Assembly (NCBI GenBank): GCA_965215275.1
Contig: OZ244044.1
Location: forward strand, 32,001-96,000
DNA length: 64,000 nucleotides
Source of the DNA: Thermodesulfobacteriota bacterium
GTDB taxonomy: Bacteria > Desulfobacterota_D > UBA1144 > Nemesobacterales > JAJCZQ01
Direction: 5' to 3'
Shown here: positions 22,149 through 32,288 of the stretch, in pieces
Layout of the letters: each line of letters begins with the position of its first letter
Numbering within the stretch: position 1 is the stretch's first letter
Program-made: the position numbers and the translations under genes
Notes under the pieces: model-generated
What the model saw: only the letters and a program-made list of their open reading frames with translations
What the model was told of the DNA's origin: nothing
Database searches by the model: none

Positions 22149-22757
22149 ATGAGGCACAGAAGAACTGGCAGGAAATTAGGAGTTGTAACAAAACACAGAA
22201 GGGCTATGCTGAGGAATTTAGCTACGACCTTCTTCAAGTATGGCAGCATAAAGACCACGGACGCACGTGCAAAGGAAGTGAGAAGGGTTGCCGAGAAGCT
22301 GGTCACTATGGCTAAAAAAGGCACCTTACAGCACAGAAGACAGGCAGCCTCGTACTTAAAGGACAAAGACGTTTTGAAAAAGCTGTTTTCCGAGATCGCT
22401 GAGAAGCACAGGGAACGCCCGGGTGGTTACACGAGGATAGTTAAACTCGGCTTCAGAAAAGGGGATGGTGCCCCTGTATCTTTGATCGAACTGGTTCAGG
22501 ATGAATATAAGTCCAGGCCTTCCAGGTCTAAAAAGAAAGGGTCTTCAGCGAAAGCCAGGGACAAGGTAAAGAAAGAAGGTACCCTTTCAGAAAAAAGCAA
22601 TAAGAAAGAATCTGCCGAAGAACTCGGCCTGGTCGAAGATAAAGCATCTGAAGTTAAGGCAAGAGAAGAAGCAGTGGATGAAAGTCCGGAAAGCTTAAAA
22701 GATGACGCCGCCGGTAATAAAACCGGTCCCGAACTGCAGAAGCAGAATGACGATTAA
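22149..22757 (+). CDS. rplQ: 50S ribosomal protein L17 with a charged C-terminal extension
   Basis: MRHR, RPGGYTRI. Confidence 0.99.
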   Translation: MRHRRTGRKLGVVTKHRRAMLRNLATTFFKYGSIKTTDARAKEVRRVAEKLVTMAKKGTLQHRRQAASYLKDKDVLKKLFSEIAEKHRERPGGYTRIVKLGFRKGDGAPVSLIELVQDEYKSRPSRSKKKGSSAKARDKVKKEGTLSEKSNKKESAEELGLVEDKASEVKAREEAVDESPESLKDDAAGNKTGPELQKQNDD

Positions 22758-22799
22758 GTATCGTTAGCTTTTCAGGCACTGAAGTATACGACTTCCTGA

Positions 22800-22826
22800 A
22801 AACCCCTTAAACCCCTTAAACCCCTT
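22800..22826 (+). repeat. Tandem repeat (AAACCCCTT)x3
   Basis: Directly visible between the convergent rplQ and sixA genes. Confidence 0.85.
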
Positions 22827-22871
22827 GAAACGAAAAACTATAACGACAGGTCCATCTTCTTAAAACATTTC

Positions 22872-23378
22872 TTAAAATGTTTTTCGGGAAACGTCAGAAG
22901 GTCTCCATAACCATCGAAGCTTACCGTTTCCCGGTTCGATCTTTTTCCATTTCTGTACGCTGAGGTCGATCCGTGCCATAGTTGCGGTCTTGAATATAAT
23001 GTTGCCGCCGCCTGTCATCAGATTTGCAAGGGTCGAACATTTGGGTTCATGTCCAACTAAAATGGCACTGCTGTACTTATCTGAAATAGATCTGATGCTT
23101 TCAATGATCTCTTTGACCGACCCGTAATAAAGTTTTTCATTTTCTATAACCGTGCATCTCCATCTGCCTGCAAGCATTGAGATCTCAAGGGTCTTCCTGG
23201 CCCTGATGGCAGTGGACGTAATTGCAAGTTCCGGTATCTGATCATATTTTTTCAGTAGTTTTCCCATTATTTCTGCACTTTTAATGCCTCTTTGGGCAAG
23301 AGGTCTGTCGTGATCAGAACCGTAAGCAGCTGTCCAGTCGGATTTTCCGTGACGATAAAGTATGATCCTTTTTGTCAT
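22872..23378 (-). CDS. sixA: SixA-like phosphohistidine phosphatase
   Basis: RHGKS, RPLAQRG, LVGHEP. Confidence 0.88.
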   Translation of the reverse strand: MTKRIILYRHGKSDWTAAYGSDHDRPLAQRGIKSAEIMGKLLKKYDQIPELAITSTAIRARKTLEISMLAGRWRCTVIENEKLYYGSVKEIIESIRSISDKYSSAILVGHEPKCSTLANLMTGGGNIIFKTATMARIDLSVQKWKKIEPGNGKLRWLWRPSDVSRKTF

Positions 23379-23576
23379 AGAATTAACATTTGAACCTGTT
23401 TGTGGTAAGTTGCTGCCGGTATTTTATTTGTTTCTTCGTTTTTTCAAAAGCACCTTATATAAAGAGAGTAACAGCTGTTCAGATTTTCACTTGCAGAAAA
23501 GTAAAATAATAACTGTTTTTTTGTTCTGACTTTTGTATAATTGTAGATTTTATTTTTCTGCTGAGGAGAGTACATC

Positions 23577-25454
23577 ATGAGCTTGCACATTAGAAATGAT
23601 CTGGAAAGTAAGTATCCGGACGTTTATACCGGCGAATCACTGGAAGCGTTAAAGCTGCTTTCTAAGTTCAACAGAGATCAGAAGGACCTTATGGAGAAAA
23701 GATATCAGAGAAGGGAAGACAGATACAGGAATAAAAAGAGGATCTCCTTTCTCGACCCTGATGACCTGATACCGGGAACGGATATAAAGGTTCAGGACGC
23801 AAGGGACGGTAAATTTGAAGGAGGGAACGTTCCTCATGACCTTCAAAGGCAGTGGATCCAGGGAACGGGTCCGGCAGCAAAACCCAGCTCTCCCGTGGAG
23901 GTCAGCATAAGGAACGTGGCTTATGCCCTTTTATCAGGTGCCGATGGATGGATGTTCGATGGTGAGGATGCACTTGGGCAGATAGACAGCATGTCCCTTG
24001 ATAACATCAGAAACCTGAAACTTGCAGTTCATAAGGACCCGCTGTTCCTGAGTGTCGCTGAAAAACTCGCAGGTACTATGAACAGGTGGGGTAATGAATT
24101 TTTCGGACGCGATATAATTGAGGACTGGAAAGAACAGCTTGATTTTACCACTGTGATCTTTCGTGCACGCGGACTGCACCTTGACGACAGGCACGTAAGG
24201 GATGAAGACGGCGTGGCAGTGTCCGCCTCCATAGTGGACGTGGTCCTGTACGTTACGAACGTCTACAGAGAACTGATCAGGAACGACAGGTCCATTGTAC
24301 TTTATCTGCCAAAGATCCAGACCGCGGAAGAGGCAGCCTTCTGGAATAAGGTCCTGTCTGCACTTGAGGAGCATCTGGACCTGCCGGCGGGAACCATTAA
24401 AGTTTACGTTCTGATCGAGCAGCTTGAGGAAACGTATCAGTTAATGGAAATTCGTGCGGCACTTGGAAAGCACTTTGTGGGGTTCAATACCGGCAGATGG
24501 GATTATATCAACAGCGTGGCGGATGCAATGGGATGGGATGAGGGTTTTGTAAATCCTAATATTGAATCCATCACGATGACGTACGCGTACATGAGAAATT
24601 ACGAGGACCGCGTTCGCCGGGCGGTAAACACGCCGGATATTAATAACAACTGTGCCTTATGGCAGGGAGGTATGGAGCCTAATATCCCGGTTGGCAGTGA
24701 AGAGGGGGTAGCCAGCAGCATGACGAAAGCGGTGGCTGGAGCAGAACGTGAGCAGCGTGAGGGTGCAAGTGGCAAATGGGTGGCACACTGGAAGATGGTC
24801 CACATTGTAAGACCCGTCTGGGAAAAAGCAGGAGAGGCCAATCAACTTGGCAGAAAGTTCTCTCCTCTTACCTATACGCGGGAGGACGATATGGGATTGA
24901 CCCGGCTTGAACCGGCTCCAAGAACGATCAGAGGGGCAAGGAACCTGCTGAGCGTTGGTATTCAGTACGGTAACGCTTTCGGACAGGGGTTTCAGGCGGC
25001 CGCGCTCAAACCTGCGGATTTTTTTGAAGACGACGATATTCTTTATCTTATGGAAGATGCCGCTACTGGTGAGATAAGGTTGAGCATACTTTGGGAATGG
25101 ATACATAAGGGGGCCAGGATGACGGAAGACGATCCCGGGACGGGGATAAAAGCGGGTGACGTGTTTACCGCTGAACTGTTTGAAAGACTTCTGGAGGAAG
25201 AGTATCAGAAGCTGCGTAACGCCAGGGATAAGGACGTACATGACGTGTCCAAGGACACCACTCTTCCCATTGCCAGAGAGATCGTAAGGACCTATGTAAT
25301 GGAAGAGATAAAAACCCCCTGGTACATTGATCTGCTCAATATCAATCTGAACAATCATGATTTGAAGACGGCTCAGAAAAGAATTAAACTGTACGTGCGC
25401 AGGTTTAAGGAAAAAAGAGAACGGATCACGGAAAATCTTGATTTTAAGTTGTAG
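23577..25454 (+). CDS. aceB: Malate synthase
   Basis: MFDGED, YLPKIQ, NTGRWDY, KWVAH, MEDAATGEI; adjacent to isocitrate lyase. Confidence 0.92.
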   Translation: MSLHIRNDLESKYPDVYTGESLEALKLLSKFNRDQKDLMEKRYQRREDRYRNKKRISFLDPDDLIPGTDIKVQDARDGKFEGGNVPHDLQRQWIQGTGPAAKPSSPVEVSIRNVAYALLSGADGWMFDGEDALGQIDSMSLDNIRNLKLAVHKDPLFLSVAEKLAGTMNRWGNEFFGRDIIEDWKEQLDFTTVIFRARGLHLDDRHVRDEDGVAVSASIVDVVLYVTNVYRELIRNDRSIVLYLPKIQTAEEAAFWNKVLSALEEHLDLPAGTIKVYVLIEQLEETYQLMEIRAALGKHFVGFNTGRWDYINSVADAMGWDEGFVNPNIESITMTYAYMRNYEDRVRRAVNTPDINNNCALWQGGMEPNIPVGSEEGVASSMTKAVAGAEREQREGASGKWVAHWKMVHIVRPVWEKAGEANQLGRKFSPLTYTREDDMGLTRLEPAPRTIRGARNLLSVGIQYGNAFGQGFQAAALKPADFFEDDDILYLMEDAATGEIRLSILWEWIHKGARMTEDDPGTGIKAGDVFTAELFERLLEEEYQKLRNARDKDVHDVSKDTTLPIAREIVRTYVMEEIKTPWYIDLLNINLNNHDLKTAQKRIKLYVRRFKEKRERITENLDFKL

Positions 25455-25547
25455 GACAGCTGGTGCACCAGCTGCAGCTGATTTAGTATGTTCAGGGAAC
25501 TGAACAGCTTATTTTTAACAAACATCATTTAAGGAGAGTAAAAGCAG

Positions 25548-27869
25548 ATGGCTTTATTTGAAAAGGAAATAAAACAGACCCAGGAGTATTTTAACTCACC
25601 CCGTTTTAAGGGAATTACCCGTCTTTACTCCGCAAGACAGGTCGTTGAGCAGAGAGGGACCATTAACAGGGATTATACCATCGCTAAACGGATGGCCGTG
25701 GAGTTTTACGACCTTTTAAGGGATCTGTTTAAAAAAGGTCAGCAGATAACGACCTTTGGTCCTTATTCGCCCGGACAGGCCATAATGATGAAAAAGAAAG
25801 GTATACAGGGCATATATCTTGGCGGGTGGGCCACTTCGGCCAAAGGTTCCATAAACGAGGATCAGGGAGCGGACCTTGCAAGTTATCCGCTGAGTCAGGT
25901 ACCGGACGAGGCGGCACCGATAGTACGAGCGCTTCTGTCTGCGGACAAAAACCAGAGATTTACGAGATCAAGGATGACGGCAGAGGAGAGAGCGGAAGTG
26001 CCGGAGGTGGATTACAGACCGTTCATTATTGCGGACGCGGATACGGGACACGGGGGCGATGCACACGTCAGGAACCTGATTCGCAGGTTCGTTGAGGTCG
26101 GAGTAACGGGCTATCACATTGAAGATCAGAGACCTGGAACTAAAAAGTGTGGTCACCAGGGTGGAAAGGTCCTGGTCTCGATTGATGAGCAGATCAAAAG
26201 GCTTAACGCCGCAAGGCTTCAGCTGGACATTATGAAGGTGCCTGGGATTATCGTGGCCAGAACGGACGCCGAAGCTGCTAACCTGCTCGATAGCAAAAAC
26301 GACGACAGGGACCATCCGTTCATACTTGGAGCTACCAATCTGAACGTGCCGAGCTATAAGAGCTGCTACGTTTCGATATTAAGAAGGATAAACAGGCAGG
26401 GGGTTAAGGAAATTAACGGACATCTGCTTTACAGGCTTTCCGATATTGCCGGAAGAAGAGCGGATGAATGGCTTGAGGAACATGGGATCTTTGATCTTAT
26501 TACTGCTGATTTAAAGGCTTTGAAAACAGGGGATACGTACGAGTTCGAGAGCGTCTTTGACAAGATCGTGACGCAGTTTGTGAAAATATGGGAGTCGGAG
26601 TCCGGATTGACCACGATCGGGGAAGCAGTTGCCGATATTATGGAGTTCAACGTTCAGCAGGGTTCGAAGTTCAGTATGACCGTTGCGGAGTGGAAAGAGT
26701 TTACCAGAACGGCGTCTATCGAGGATGCAAGGCTGAAGGCCGAGGAACTTGGAGTTAACTTTACGTGGGACTGTGAGCTTTCAAGTACGCCAGAGGGTTA
26801 TTATCAGGTCAGGGGAGGTATTGAGTACTCAATAGCAAGGTCTCTTGCCGTTACACCATTTTGCGATCTGCTGTGGATGGAAACAAAAACTGCCGATATT
26901 AAAGATGCAGAACAGTTTGCCGATGCGATCCATAACGTGTATCCCGATAAGATGCTCGCGTATAATCTGTCACCTTCGTTCAACTGGGATACAACGGGTA
27001 TGACGGACGAGCAGATGAAGAACTTTCCTAAGGAGATCGGAAAGCTGGGTTTTGTATTTGATTTCATTACGTACGGCGGTCACCAGATAGACGGTCTTGC
27101 CGCCGAGGAGTTCTCGCAGGCGCTTCAGGAGGATGGCATGCTCGCTCTTGCACGTGTACAGAGAAGGCTGAGACTGATCGACTCTCCATATAAGACCCCG
27201 CAGACACACGTTGGAGGACCGAGACTTGATGGAGCATTAGTGGCAAGTTCGGGCAGGACCGCAACTACAAAGGCAATGGGTAAAGGTTCCACTCAGTTCC
27301 AGCACCTTGTACAGACGGAAGTCCCGCCCAAGCTGCTTGAAGAATGGATAGTTTTCTGGGCAAAGCATTACAATATCAGAAAAAAACTGCGCGTGGAACT
27401 GAAGCCTCACACGGTTGGTATGAACGTGCTTGAACTGAACATTCTTGATAAATCCAATACCAAGATGGCAGACGTTATCTTTGAAACGCTGCAGGACAGG
27501 GAAAGAAGGATAATCCTTTCCGTAAGGGATCAGAACACGTTCAACCTTGATTTCAGACAGAAGAGGTTAATGACCCTGATCAGCCTGTTCCTGTTCCATC
27601 GTTACAAGGCCTTTTCCGTTCATTACGTCAGTCCGACCAATGATAATATGAAGCAGACGCAGGGTATGAAAAAGATCAGGATCTTCAGTAACGTTAATAC
27701 TGAGATCGGTCATATAATCGTCTGCAGTATTAATCAGACAAGGATCAGGGAACTTCTTGAAGCTGATCAGACGGCTTTAAAGGATATGATAGCTAAAAAA
27801 GAACCAACTTCTTCTGCAAGGAAGCCGTCCTCTAAAAAAGATCGTGGTTCAAAAAAACGTTCCAGGTAA
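25548..27869 (+). CDS. aceA: Isocitrate lyase, long ICL2-type
   Basis: [31 protein letters not shown], plus an extra C-terminal domain. Confidence 0.96.
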   Translation: MALFEKEIKQTQEYFNSPRFKGITRLYSARQVVEQRGTINRDYTIAKRMAVEFYDLLRDLFKKGQQITTFGPYSPGQAIMMKKKGIQGIYLGGWATSAKGSINEDQGADLASYPLSQVPDEAAPIVRALLSADKNQRFTRSRMTAEERAEVPEVDYRPFIIADADTGHGGDAHVRNLIRRFVEVGVTGYHIEDQRPGTKKCGHQGGKVLVSIDEQIKRLNAARLQLDIMKVPGIIVARTDAEAANLLDSKNDDRDHPFILGATNLNVPSYKSCYVSILRRINRQGVKEINGHLLYRLSDIAGRRADEWLEEHGIFDLITADLKALKTGDTYEFESVFDKIVTQFVKIWESESGLTTIGEAVADIMEFNVQQGSKFSMTVAEWKEFTRTASIEDARLKAEELGVNFTWDCELSSTPEGYYQVRGGIEYSIARSLAVTPFCDLLWMETKTADIKDAEQFADAIHNVYPDKMLAYNLSPSFNWDTTGMTDEQMKNFPKEIGKLGFVFDFITYGGHQIDGLAAEEFSQALQEDGMLALARVQRRLRLIDSPYKTPQTHVGGPRLDGALVASSGRTATTKAMGKGSTQFQHLVQTEVPPKLLEEWIVFWAKHYNIRKKLRVELKPHTVGMNVLELNILDKSNTKMADVIFETLQDRERRIILSVRDQNTFNLDFRQKRLMTLISLFLFHRYKAFSVHYVSPTNDNMKQTQGMKKIRIFSNVNTEIGHIIVCSINQTRIRELLEADQTALKDMIAKKEPTSSARKPSSKKDRGSKKRSR

Positions 27870-27871
27870 GT

Positions 27872-28660
27872 TCAGAGGATATCTTCACATTCCTGCGGGG
27901 GCCTGCGTTTAGGTTTCTTTGCTGAGTTCCTTTTGGGTCTTTTTTCAGAAAGCCATATTTCAAGGGCTTTCCCGCAGCCCGTTCCTTCCGGGATACGGGG
28001 TCCGGATCTGCATTTAATACTGTTATCAGGGCATTTAAGCCTTAGATGAAAATGACCGTCGTGTTTGTACCAGGGCCTGATCTTTCTAAGCCATGCCTGA
28101 TCGTCGTATATGGAGCAGAGCTCTTTTTTGATCAGCGGATTTACAAATATACGATCAACGTTCATATGTGACGCGGCCAGTTTCAGTACCCTGCCGTTTA
28201 TCCAGCTCCATTTACCGTGGTCGATCGCAGTTCTGGATCCGTTAAGGACCGACTCGGGGGACATTTTTTCTCTCTCGTTTACAGAGTACGGCCTTTTGTC
28301 TTTTTCAGCGTACCCGTGTATATAAAGAATATCTGCATCCAGACCGGTCTGATGGCTGCTGTGGTACTCTGGCATAGGACCACCGTTCTTACTGGACAGG
28401 TCTCCTATGAGCAGGGTTACACCGTAAGTTGATCTGATCTCAGATGCGATGTTTTCAATTAAACCTGTCAGGCTCTTGTGTCCGTAGTTGCTGTTCCTGC
28501 TGGTCCTGATCACCTGGTATCCAAAGCCATCGACTGGAAGCATATGAGAGTTCTTTATACACCCTGCCGTGTAGTAACCTACTGCAATGGATTCTTCAGC
28601 ACGCAGTTTCTCAAAAGGGGTGACAGAGACGGCGGCAAGTAGAAGAAAAACGTATAACAT
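27872..28660 (-). CDS. mepA: Penicillin-insensitive murein endopeptidase
   Basis: HSSHQTGLDADI, RIFVNP, HDGHFHLRLKCP. Confidence 0.92.
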   Translation of the reverse strand: MLYVFLLLAAVSVTPFEKLRAEESIAVGYYTAGCIKNSHMLPVDGFGYQVIRTSRNSNYGHKSLTGLIENIASEIRSTYGVTLLIGDLSSKNGGPMPEYHSSHQTGLDADILYIHGYAEKDKRPYSVNEREKMSPESVLNGSRTAIDHGKWSWINGRVLKLAASHMNVDRIFVNPLIKKELCSIYDDQAWLRKIRPWYKHDGHFHLRLKCPDNSIKCRSGPRIPEGTGCGKALEIWLSEKRPKRNSAKKPKRRPPQECEDIL

Positions 28661-28777
28661 TATATAATAGTTATAAGTATCGAGGGTAAAACAGTACTAT
28701 CAAAGCTATTTACTTGTCTTGGCGAACAAAGTATATAGTTCCCTTTATCAATATACCAGAATTAAAACCATGGAGAT

Positions 28778-29437
28778 ATGAGATTGAACAGATTTTTCTT
28801 TTATTCTTTTGTAGCGATAGCAGCAGCTGGGCTGCTTTTAACCGGCAAGATAGGCGAGTATTATAAACCTGAAAATACTGAAAAGGAGAAAGAGGTCATG
28901 GCGGACAGGAAAAAATTACAGGTCGCTACTTTGGCAGGAGGATGCTTCTGGTGTATGGAACCTCCGTTTGAAAGGTTAGACGGGGTTGATCAGGTGATCT
29001 CCGGTTACTCCGGAGGCGTAGAAGTCGACCCTGCTTATGCAGAGGTATCCTCAGGACGCACGGGTCACACCGAATCAGTTCAGATATCGTACGACCCCGA
29101 TAAAGTGTCCTATGAAGACCTTCTGGACGTGTTCTGGATGAACATTGATCCCACTCAGGCAGACGGTCAGTTTGCCGATAAAGGCAGACATTACAGAACG
29201 GTGATATTTTATCATGATGACGAACAGCGAAGGAAAGCTGAAGGATCAAAAAAGAAGTTAGCGGGTTCCGGGAAATTTCAAAAACCCATAGTTACGGTAA
29301 TTGAACCTTTCAGATCTTTTTACAGAGCCGAGGATTATCATCAGGACTATTACAGGAAAAACCCCGTTCGTTATAATATGTATAAGAAAGGGTCCGGGAG
29401 AGAGGGTTTTATCAAACGGACCTGGGGTGATAGGTAA
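28778..29437 (+). CDS. msrA: Peptide methionine sulfoxide reductase A with an N-terminal signal/anchor
   Basis: AGGCFWC, AEDYHQDYY. Confidence 0.97.
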   Translation: MRLNRFFFYSFVAIAAAGLLLTGKIGEYYKPENTEKEKEVMADRKKLQVATLAGGCFWCMEPPFERLDGVDQVISGYSGGVEVDPAYAEVSSGRTGHTESVQISYDPDKVSYEDLLDVFWMNIDPTQADGQFADKGRHYRTVIFYHDDEQRRKAEGSKKKLAGSGKFQKPIVTVIEPFRSFYRAEDYHQDYYRKNPVRYNMYKKGSGREGFIKRTWGDR

Positions 29438-29514
29438 TGGTCACGTTTTCAGAAAGACGGGTTTTTAAGAGGTCTTAACGGATAAAAGTGCCTGTATTGA
29501 TCACTGATCCGTTC

Positions 29515-30051
29515 TTATCGAATGGATCTTCTTACGTAGTTGGACTTTAGATAACTGATTATTTCGTCAGTTGCTCTGCCGCTTGCACCTAAAAGTACGC
29601 TTCCGCTTATCAACCCGAACTTTGAAGTACCTTCAAAGCTGGACTCTGCGATCAGGGTTCCGCTCTCTTTATCTGTAAACCTTATTTTAATAACTATACT
29701 TGTGGTCCTGACCAGCTGTTTGTACCACTCTGGAGGCTGTATATCAATGATCGTTCCATCAATTATCATAACACCGCTGGAAGCAGCGACCGGTGATCTG
29801 ACCACCCCTGTGAAGGTAAGTTCTTTTCTGAGCTTTTTAGCAAGCTGATTCGGTATCTGCAATTGAAGATCAGGAGGTGAGTTGGGAATATCGGACCCGA
29901 AGTCAGGGATCTCAACTATTTCATACCTTCCGAACTGGTGCACAGGGGCCTGTGTTTCGAACGTTCTTCTTGATCCACAGGATATCAGAACTGTGGTTAA
30001 GATCACAAAAACTGCAACATGGAAAAAGAACTTATGGTCCGCTTTTTTCAT
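29515..30051 (-). CDS. Hypothetical lipoprotein
   Basis: Hydrophobic N-terminus ending in a LISC lipobox. Confidence 0.7.
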   Translation of the reverse strand: MKKADHKFFFHVAVFVILTTVLISCGSRRTFETQAPVHQFGRYEIVEIPDFGSDIPNSPPDLQLQIPNQLAKKLRKELTFTGVVRSPVAASSGVMIIDGTIIDIQPPEWYKQLVRTTSIVIKIRFTDKESGTLIAESSFEGTSKFGLISGSVLLGASGRATDEIISYLKSNYVRRSIR

Positions 30052-30115
30052 GGTACTGAATTATCTAATAAAAAATCCGTATTGTAAAGAAGGCACTCTG
30101 TGCGTTAAAACCTGC

Positions 30116-31192
30116 TTAAAAGTGTCTGATCACCTCATAGTAGGTGTTACGCTGGGCCGGCCGGAACCCCGCTGATCTTATCATGTGAACCAGTTCATCG
30201 ACCGTTGACCTTCTTCTGTTGTCCGCACAGGCCAGGACGTTTTCATCAAACAAGGTCCCCCCAAGGTCGCTTGCACCGTAATGCATCGTGATCGATCCCA
30301 TCTTCTTGCCTTGAGTGAACCATGATCCCTGTATGTGTCTGAAGTTATCAAGATATATCCTTGAGAGGGATAAGACCCTCAGATACCTGTCTCCTCCGAT
30401 CTCGTTCGGGAGTTTTTTTTCCAGGAACGTGTTCTTAGGCTTGAATATCCACGGTATAAAGGCAAGGAACCCTCCGGTCCGGTCCTGCAGCTCCCTTATG
30501 CGCGTCAGGTGCTCAATAATATCTTCGTCATCTTCAAAGTGTCCGAACATCATGGTCGCGGTGGTCTTAAATCCGATCTCATGTGCTTCTGACGTTATCT
30601 CCATCCATCTGTCCGCGTCTATTTTGAGCGGACTGATCTTTTTTCTTGTCTTGTTCGTCAGAACTTCCGCTCCGCCGCCTGGTATGGTTCGCAGACCTGC
30701 GTTCCATAAGCTTTGCAGCACTTCACGGGAGGTCATGTTCTCGTATTTTGCTATTGCTCCGATCTCTGGAGCGGAAAATGCGTGCAGATGGAGACCGGGG
30801 ATCTCCTCTGTGGCCCTTCTGACTATTTCAATGTAGTAATCCAGTTTGATATCGGGGTTATGTCCACCCTGCAGCAGTACCGTGGTAGCACCATTGTGAT
30901 AGGAAGTTTTCATAATGCTTATTAACTTGTCGACGCTGAGCGTGTAGGCGTCCTGTGCCTCCTGCGGTCTCCAGAAGGCACAGAATAAACATTCTGTATC
31001 GCAGACATTGGTATAGTTGGGATTGGTATCGGTTACAAAGGTCACAACGTCATCAGGATTAAATCTCTTTCTCACAAGGTTCGCTATAGCACCGAGCTGG
31101 AGCAGGTCTCCCTCTCTGAGCAGATGAAGAGCTTCCTCCGCGGTTATTCTTTTTTCTTCGATTGTTTTTTTATATATTGCCTGAATATCCAT
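30116..31192 (-). CDS. mqnC: Cyclic dehypoxanthinyl futalosine synthase (radical SAM, MqnC/CofH family)
   Basis: NYTNVCDTECLFCAF, LLQGGHNP, PGGGAE, TTATMMFG, HIQGSW. Confidence 0.88.
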   Translation of the reverse strand: MDIQAIYKKTIEEKRITAEEALHLLREGDLLQLGAIANLVRKRFNPDDVVTFVTDTNPNYTNVCDTECLFCAFWRPQEAQDAYTLSVDKLISIMKTSYHNGATTVLLQGGHNPDIKLDYYIEIVRRATEEIPGLHLHAFSAPEIGAIAKYENMTSREVLQSLWNAGLRTIPGGGAEVLTNKTRKKISPLKIDADRWMEITSEAHEIGFKTTATMMFGHFEDDEDIIEHLTRIRELQDRTGGFLAFIPWIFKPKNTFLEKKLPNEIGGDRYLRVLSLSRIYLDNFRHIQGSWFTQGKKMGSITMHYGASDLGGTLFDENVLACADNRRRSTVDELVHMIRSAGFRPAQRNTYYEVIRHF

Positions 31193-31200
31193 AATACAGA

Positions 31201-31485
31201 TCAGCTTTCAACTCCTTCACCAAAGCCGTGTTCGATAAGTTTATCGATCTCATTATATGCCTGTTCCGAATCCTCGCCACTTGCCACGACTTCAATGACC
31301 GTTCCTTTAACGGCGGCAAGGGACAGCACGCCCAGTATACTCTTTCCATCAACGGCGTAGCCGTCTTTTTTTATCGTTATGTCAGAGCTGAACTTGCTTA
31401 AAACCCTGACAAGATGGGCGGCAGCTCGGGCGTGTAACCCAAGCTTGTTCTTTATTTCAAAAATCTTTGAAGAATGACTGCTCAA
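31201..31485 (-). CDS. ptsH: Phosphocarrier protein HPr
   Basis: GLHARAA and GKSILG motifs. Confidence 0.96.
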   Translation of the reverse strand: MSSHSSKIFEIKNKLGLHARAAAHLVRVLSKFSSDITIKKDGYAVDGKSILGVLSLAAVKGTVIEVVASGEDSEQAYNEIDKLIEHGFGEGVES

Positions 31486-31517
31486 ATTATTGCGGTTCCC
31501 GGAAGCACGCTTGTGCT

Positions 31518-32288
31518 CTATCTAAACGGTAATCTTATATCCGTCTCTTTATTTAAAATCAAATCTTTTTCATAGTTTATCTGAAGTTCGTTTGATAAGT
31601 AGCTTAATTTGATCTTCTTTGGAAAAAGCAGACCGTTTATGCTCTTGTAGTTCGAGTATTCGACGTGTAACAGGTTGTTATCACCGGTTTCTATATCGGC
31701 AGACATTATCTGACCGTTATAAGGGTTTATATAGAGCATGGTCTTAGAGTCCCTGGAGTTTGTATAAGTGACGGTCAGGAGGTTATTTTCTTTTCCTGTG
31801 ACCGGGTTCTGGTCCGGGTCCCAGAGTCCGAACGGGACTTTTCCAAAAAGAACGTCTATAAGTTCTCTGATCTTGACCACAGGCGGAAGGTCGGGATAAA
31901 AATACGACAGATCAAAACTGTCGGTATCTTCAAATACGGCCTGGTCATCTGGCGTCAGTAATACGACCCGTTTACCATCGGAAGTCAGCGTCGCAAGGCT
32001 GTGACCGAAGATGGCAAGTGCTTCAAGATGGAACGTGGAACTTTGTCCCAGGACCGTCACCTGCCTTATGGAAATGTTCTCAAAGCTGTTCCTGACCCTT
32101 ACTCTGGCTATACCTTGCAGTGTTACGCGTTTGTCGTTATCCGTTCGTACCTTATGGAGTATTTTATCCGTGTCAACGCTTTTGTAGCTTACCTGCTCAA
32201 GACTTAAGGCGCATGAACCGGCCAGTACCACTACAAGTATTACGTAATAAAACCGCACGATGGAAAACCTGGGCCTCTCAGGTATCAT
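31518..32288 (-). CDS. LolB-like/DUF4292-like lipoprotein
   Basis: LAGSC lipobox, YSNYK..FPKKI pattern, downstream of a TPR gene. Confidence 0.6.
   Translation of the reverse strand: MIPERPRFSIVRFYYVILVVVLAGSCALSLEQVSYKSVDTDKILHKVRTDNDKRVTLQGIARVRVRNSFENISIRQVTVLGQSSTFHLEALAIFGHSLATLTSDGKRVVLLTPDDQAVFEDTDSFDLSYFYPDLPPVVKIRELIDVLFGKVPFGLWDPDQNPVTGKENNLLTVTYTNSRDSKTMLYINPYNGQIMSADIETGDNNLLHVEYSNYKSINGLLFPKKIKLSYLSNELQINYEKDLILNKETDIRLPFR

Noticed and set aside
6447..27264. Numerous antisense and overlapping ORFs in tuf, ribosomal and ace genes
   Set aside because: Shadow frames of conserved genes with no recognisable motifs.
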